This document shows positions 62,088-64,000 of a DNA stretch of 64,000 nt, one piece after another. A model generated the notes under the pieces. That model was not told where the DNA came from. It searched no databases and worked only from the letters and a program-made list of their open reading frames with translations. Within the stretch, counting starts at the first letter, position 1. Every line of letters begins with the position of its first letter. A program made the position numbers and the translations under genes. Source of the DNA: the human T2T-CHM13v2.0 reference genome, Homo sapiens; NCBI GenBank assembly GCA_009914755.4, contig CP086569.2, positions 288,001 through 352,000 on the forward strand, given 5' to 3'.

Positions 62088-63058
62088 CCCTGCTGCATAG
62101 ACGGCCATCAGGTCCCAGGATGGAGCTGGATTCGAGCCTGCTGTGTAGACACCCATTAGGTCCTGGGACGGAGCTGGATTCGAGTCTGCTGCATAGACGG
62201 CCATTAGGTCCCGGGACGGAGCTGGATTCGAGCCTGCTGTGTAGACAGCCATTAGGTCCTGGGATGGAGTTGGATTCGAGCCTGCTGTGTAGACAGCCAT
62301 TAGGTCCTGGGACAGAGCTGGATTCGAGTCTGCTGCATAGACGGCCATTATGTCCCGGGATGGAGCTGGATTCGAGCCTGCTGTGTAGACAGCCATTAGG
62401 TCCCGGGACAGAGCTGGATTCGAGTCTGCTGCATAGATGGCCATTAGGTCCCGGGATGGAGCTGGATTCGAGCCTGCTGTGTAGACAGCCATTAGGTCCT
62501 GGGATGGAGTTGGATTCGAGCCTGCTGTGTAGACAGCCATTAGGTCCCGGGACGGAGCTGGATTTGAGTCTGCTGCATAGATGGCCATGAGGTCCCAGGA
62601 CGGAGCTGGATTCGAGCCTGCTGTGTAGACATCCATTAGGTCCTGAGACGGAGCTGGATTCAAGTCTGCTGCATAGACGGCCATTAGGTCCCGGGACGCA
62701 GGTGGATCCAAGTCTGCTGCATAGATGGCCATTAGGTCCCAGGATGGAGCTGGATTTGAGTCTGCTGCGTAGATGACCATTAGGTCCTAGTCCCAGGATG
62801 GAGCTGCATAGGAGCCTGCTGTGTAGACAGCCATTAGGTCCCAGTCCCAGGATGGAGCTGGAGTCGAGCCTGCTGTGTAGACAGCCATTAGGTCCCAGTC
62901 CCAGGATGGAGCTGGAGTCAAGCCTGCTGTGTAGACGGCCATTAGGTCCCAGGATGCAGGTACATCCTAGTCTGCTGCATAGACGGCCATTAGGTCCCAG
63001 TCCCAGGATGGAGCTGCATAGGAGCCTGCTGTGTAGACAGCCATTAGGTCCCAGTCCC
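62088..63058. repeat. Second 48/54-bp minisatellite array, about 20 copies, of the same family and orientation as 58935-60762
   Basis: ctgctgcatagacggccatcaggtcccaggatggagctggattcgagcctgctgtgtagacacccattaggtcctgggacggagctggattcgagtctgctgcatagacgg.... 54-bp variants with agtccc lie at 62780-63058. The 401-aa and 273-aa minus ORFs and the 156-aa plus ORF are repeat read-through. Confidence 0.96.
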
Positions 63059-63059
63059 A

Positions 63060-64000
63060 ACACACACAAACCACAGTAAACACATACACTATGCACAACA
63101 CAGATGCCACACCACACACACACAACACATAAAATACACAGTACACACAAAACACATACTGCACACAACACACAGAATACACACTACACACAGCACACAC
63201 AAACCACACTAAACACATATGCTATGCACAACAAAGATGCCACACAACACACACACATAGAACACACAAAATATACACAACACACACAAACCACACTAAA
63301 CACATATGCACAACACAGATGCCACAGAACACACACACATAAAACACGCAAATACATACTATACACAACACAGCACAAACCACACACTGCACACACAAAT
63401 GCACACTACACACAAACCACACAAACCACACTAAACACACACACTCTGCACAGTACAAACACCACACTAAATACACATATACACAAAATACATATGACAC
63501 ACAAAATACATAGAAAAACACAGACTGGCCTCACAAACCACACACACTATGCACAACACAGATGCCACACCACACACACACATATAACACACAAAATACA
63601 CACTACACACAGCACACACAAACCACACTAAACACATATGCACAACACAGATGCCACACAACACGCACACACCCAACACACAAAATACACACTACACACA
63701 ACACACACAAACCACAGTAAACACACACTATGCACAATACAGATACCAGACAACAGACACTTACAACACACAAAATACACACTACACACAACACACACAA
63801 ACCACAGTAAACACATACACTGTGCACAACAGATGCCACACAACACACACACATACAACACACAAAATACACACAAACCACACTAAACACATATTCTGTG
63901 CGCAAAACAGATGCCACATAAAACACACACATGCAACACACAAAATACCTACTACATATACACAACACTAAACACAGACGTTATGCACAACACAGATGCC
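63060..64000. repeat. CA-rich minisatellite with an irregular period of about 85-135 bp (cacaacacagatgccacacaacacacacacat..aaacacacaaaatacacactacacacagcacacacaaaccacactaaacacatatgc). It continues past the window end
   Basis: The landmark cacaacacagatgccaca recurs at about 63091, 63226, 63311, 63553, 63641, 63730 (diverged), 63826 and 63988. The plus strand has only about 1-2% G (apart from the agatgccaca landmark) and is about 55% A and 35% C. The H/T/Q/N-rich and C/V-rich ORFs are artefacts. Confidence 0.93.

Noticed and set aside
58814-63171. ORFs of 669, 646, 401 and 273 aa on the minus strand and several 85-177 aa ORFs on the plus strand
   Set aside because: All lie inside the 48/54-bp minisatellites, whose unit length is a multiple of 3 and lacks stops. 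The peptides are perfect 16/18-residue reiterations on both strands. They are not genes.

Overview
This window is primate (almost certainly human) nuclear DNA, not a prokaryotic or phage locus. The diagnostic content is about 60 Alu SINE copies or fragments in both orientations, three LINE-1 3'-end fragments, and an unusually dense series of tandem-repeat (minisatellite/VNTR) arrays. The arrays and their periods are as follows.
- Alu-derived, 155 bp (about 3935-5180).
- ATC/TATC-type tetranucleotide blocks (6665-7620 and 10415-11030).
- An A/T/C-rich array with a higher-order period of about 540 bp (11285-12820).
- A GT-rich array with a period of about 378 bp (16335-18150).
- An MLT1-like unit of about 350 bp, roughly 4 copies (31090-32420).
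- A 21 bp unit, roughly 6 copies (33137-33265).
- A polypurine GGAA/GGGA array of about 5.5 kb (37925-43445).
- A 40 bp unit (45285-46430).
- A 21 bp unit (49815-50855).
- A unit of about 108 bp (52395-54195).
- Two 48/54 bp arrays (58935-60762 and 62088-63058).
- A CA-rich unit of about 90-130 bp (63060 to the window end).
I find no convincing protein-coding gene. Every long ORF in the supplied track, including the 1109-aa, 681-aa, 669-aa and 646-aa ones, is an in-frame read-through of a stop-free tandem repeat or of Alu sequence, on both strands. The VNTR density, together with several unique AT-rich segments that retain many CpGs and carry TAAT/homeodomain-like motifs, fits a subtelomeric or gene-desert neighbourhood of a developmental gene, but that is inference. 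The most unusual structures are listed here.
- The 5.5 kb two-domain polypurine tract, bracketed by a duplicated flank.
- A CpG-rich core of about 600 bp bounded by inverted arms of about 100-140 bp (33410-34262).
- Repeated de novo satellite formation from Alu monomers.
- A three-fold local duplication of a flank-plus-ATC-array module.
- A tandem array of LTR-like units of about 350 bp.
- Two same-orientation 48/54-bp arrays flanking a 1.3 kb unique CpG-rich segment.
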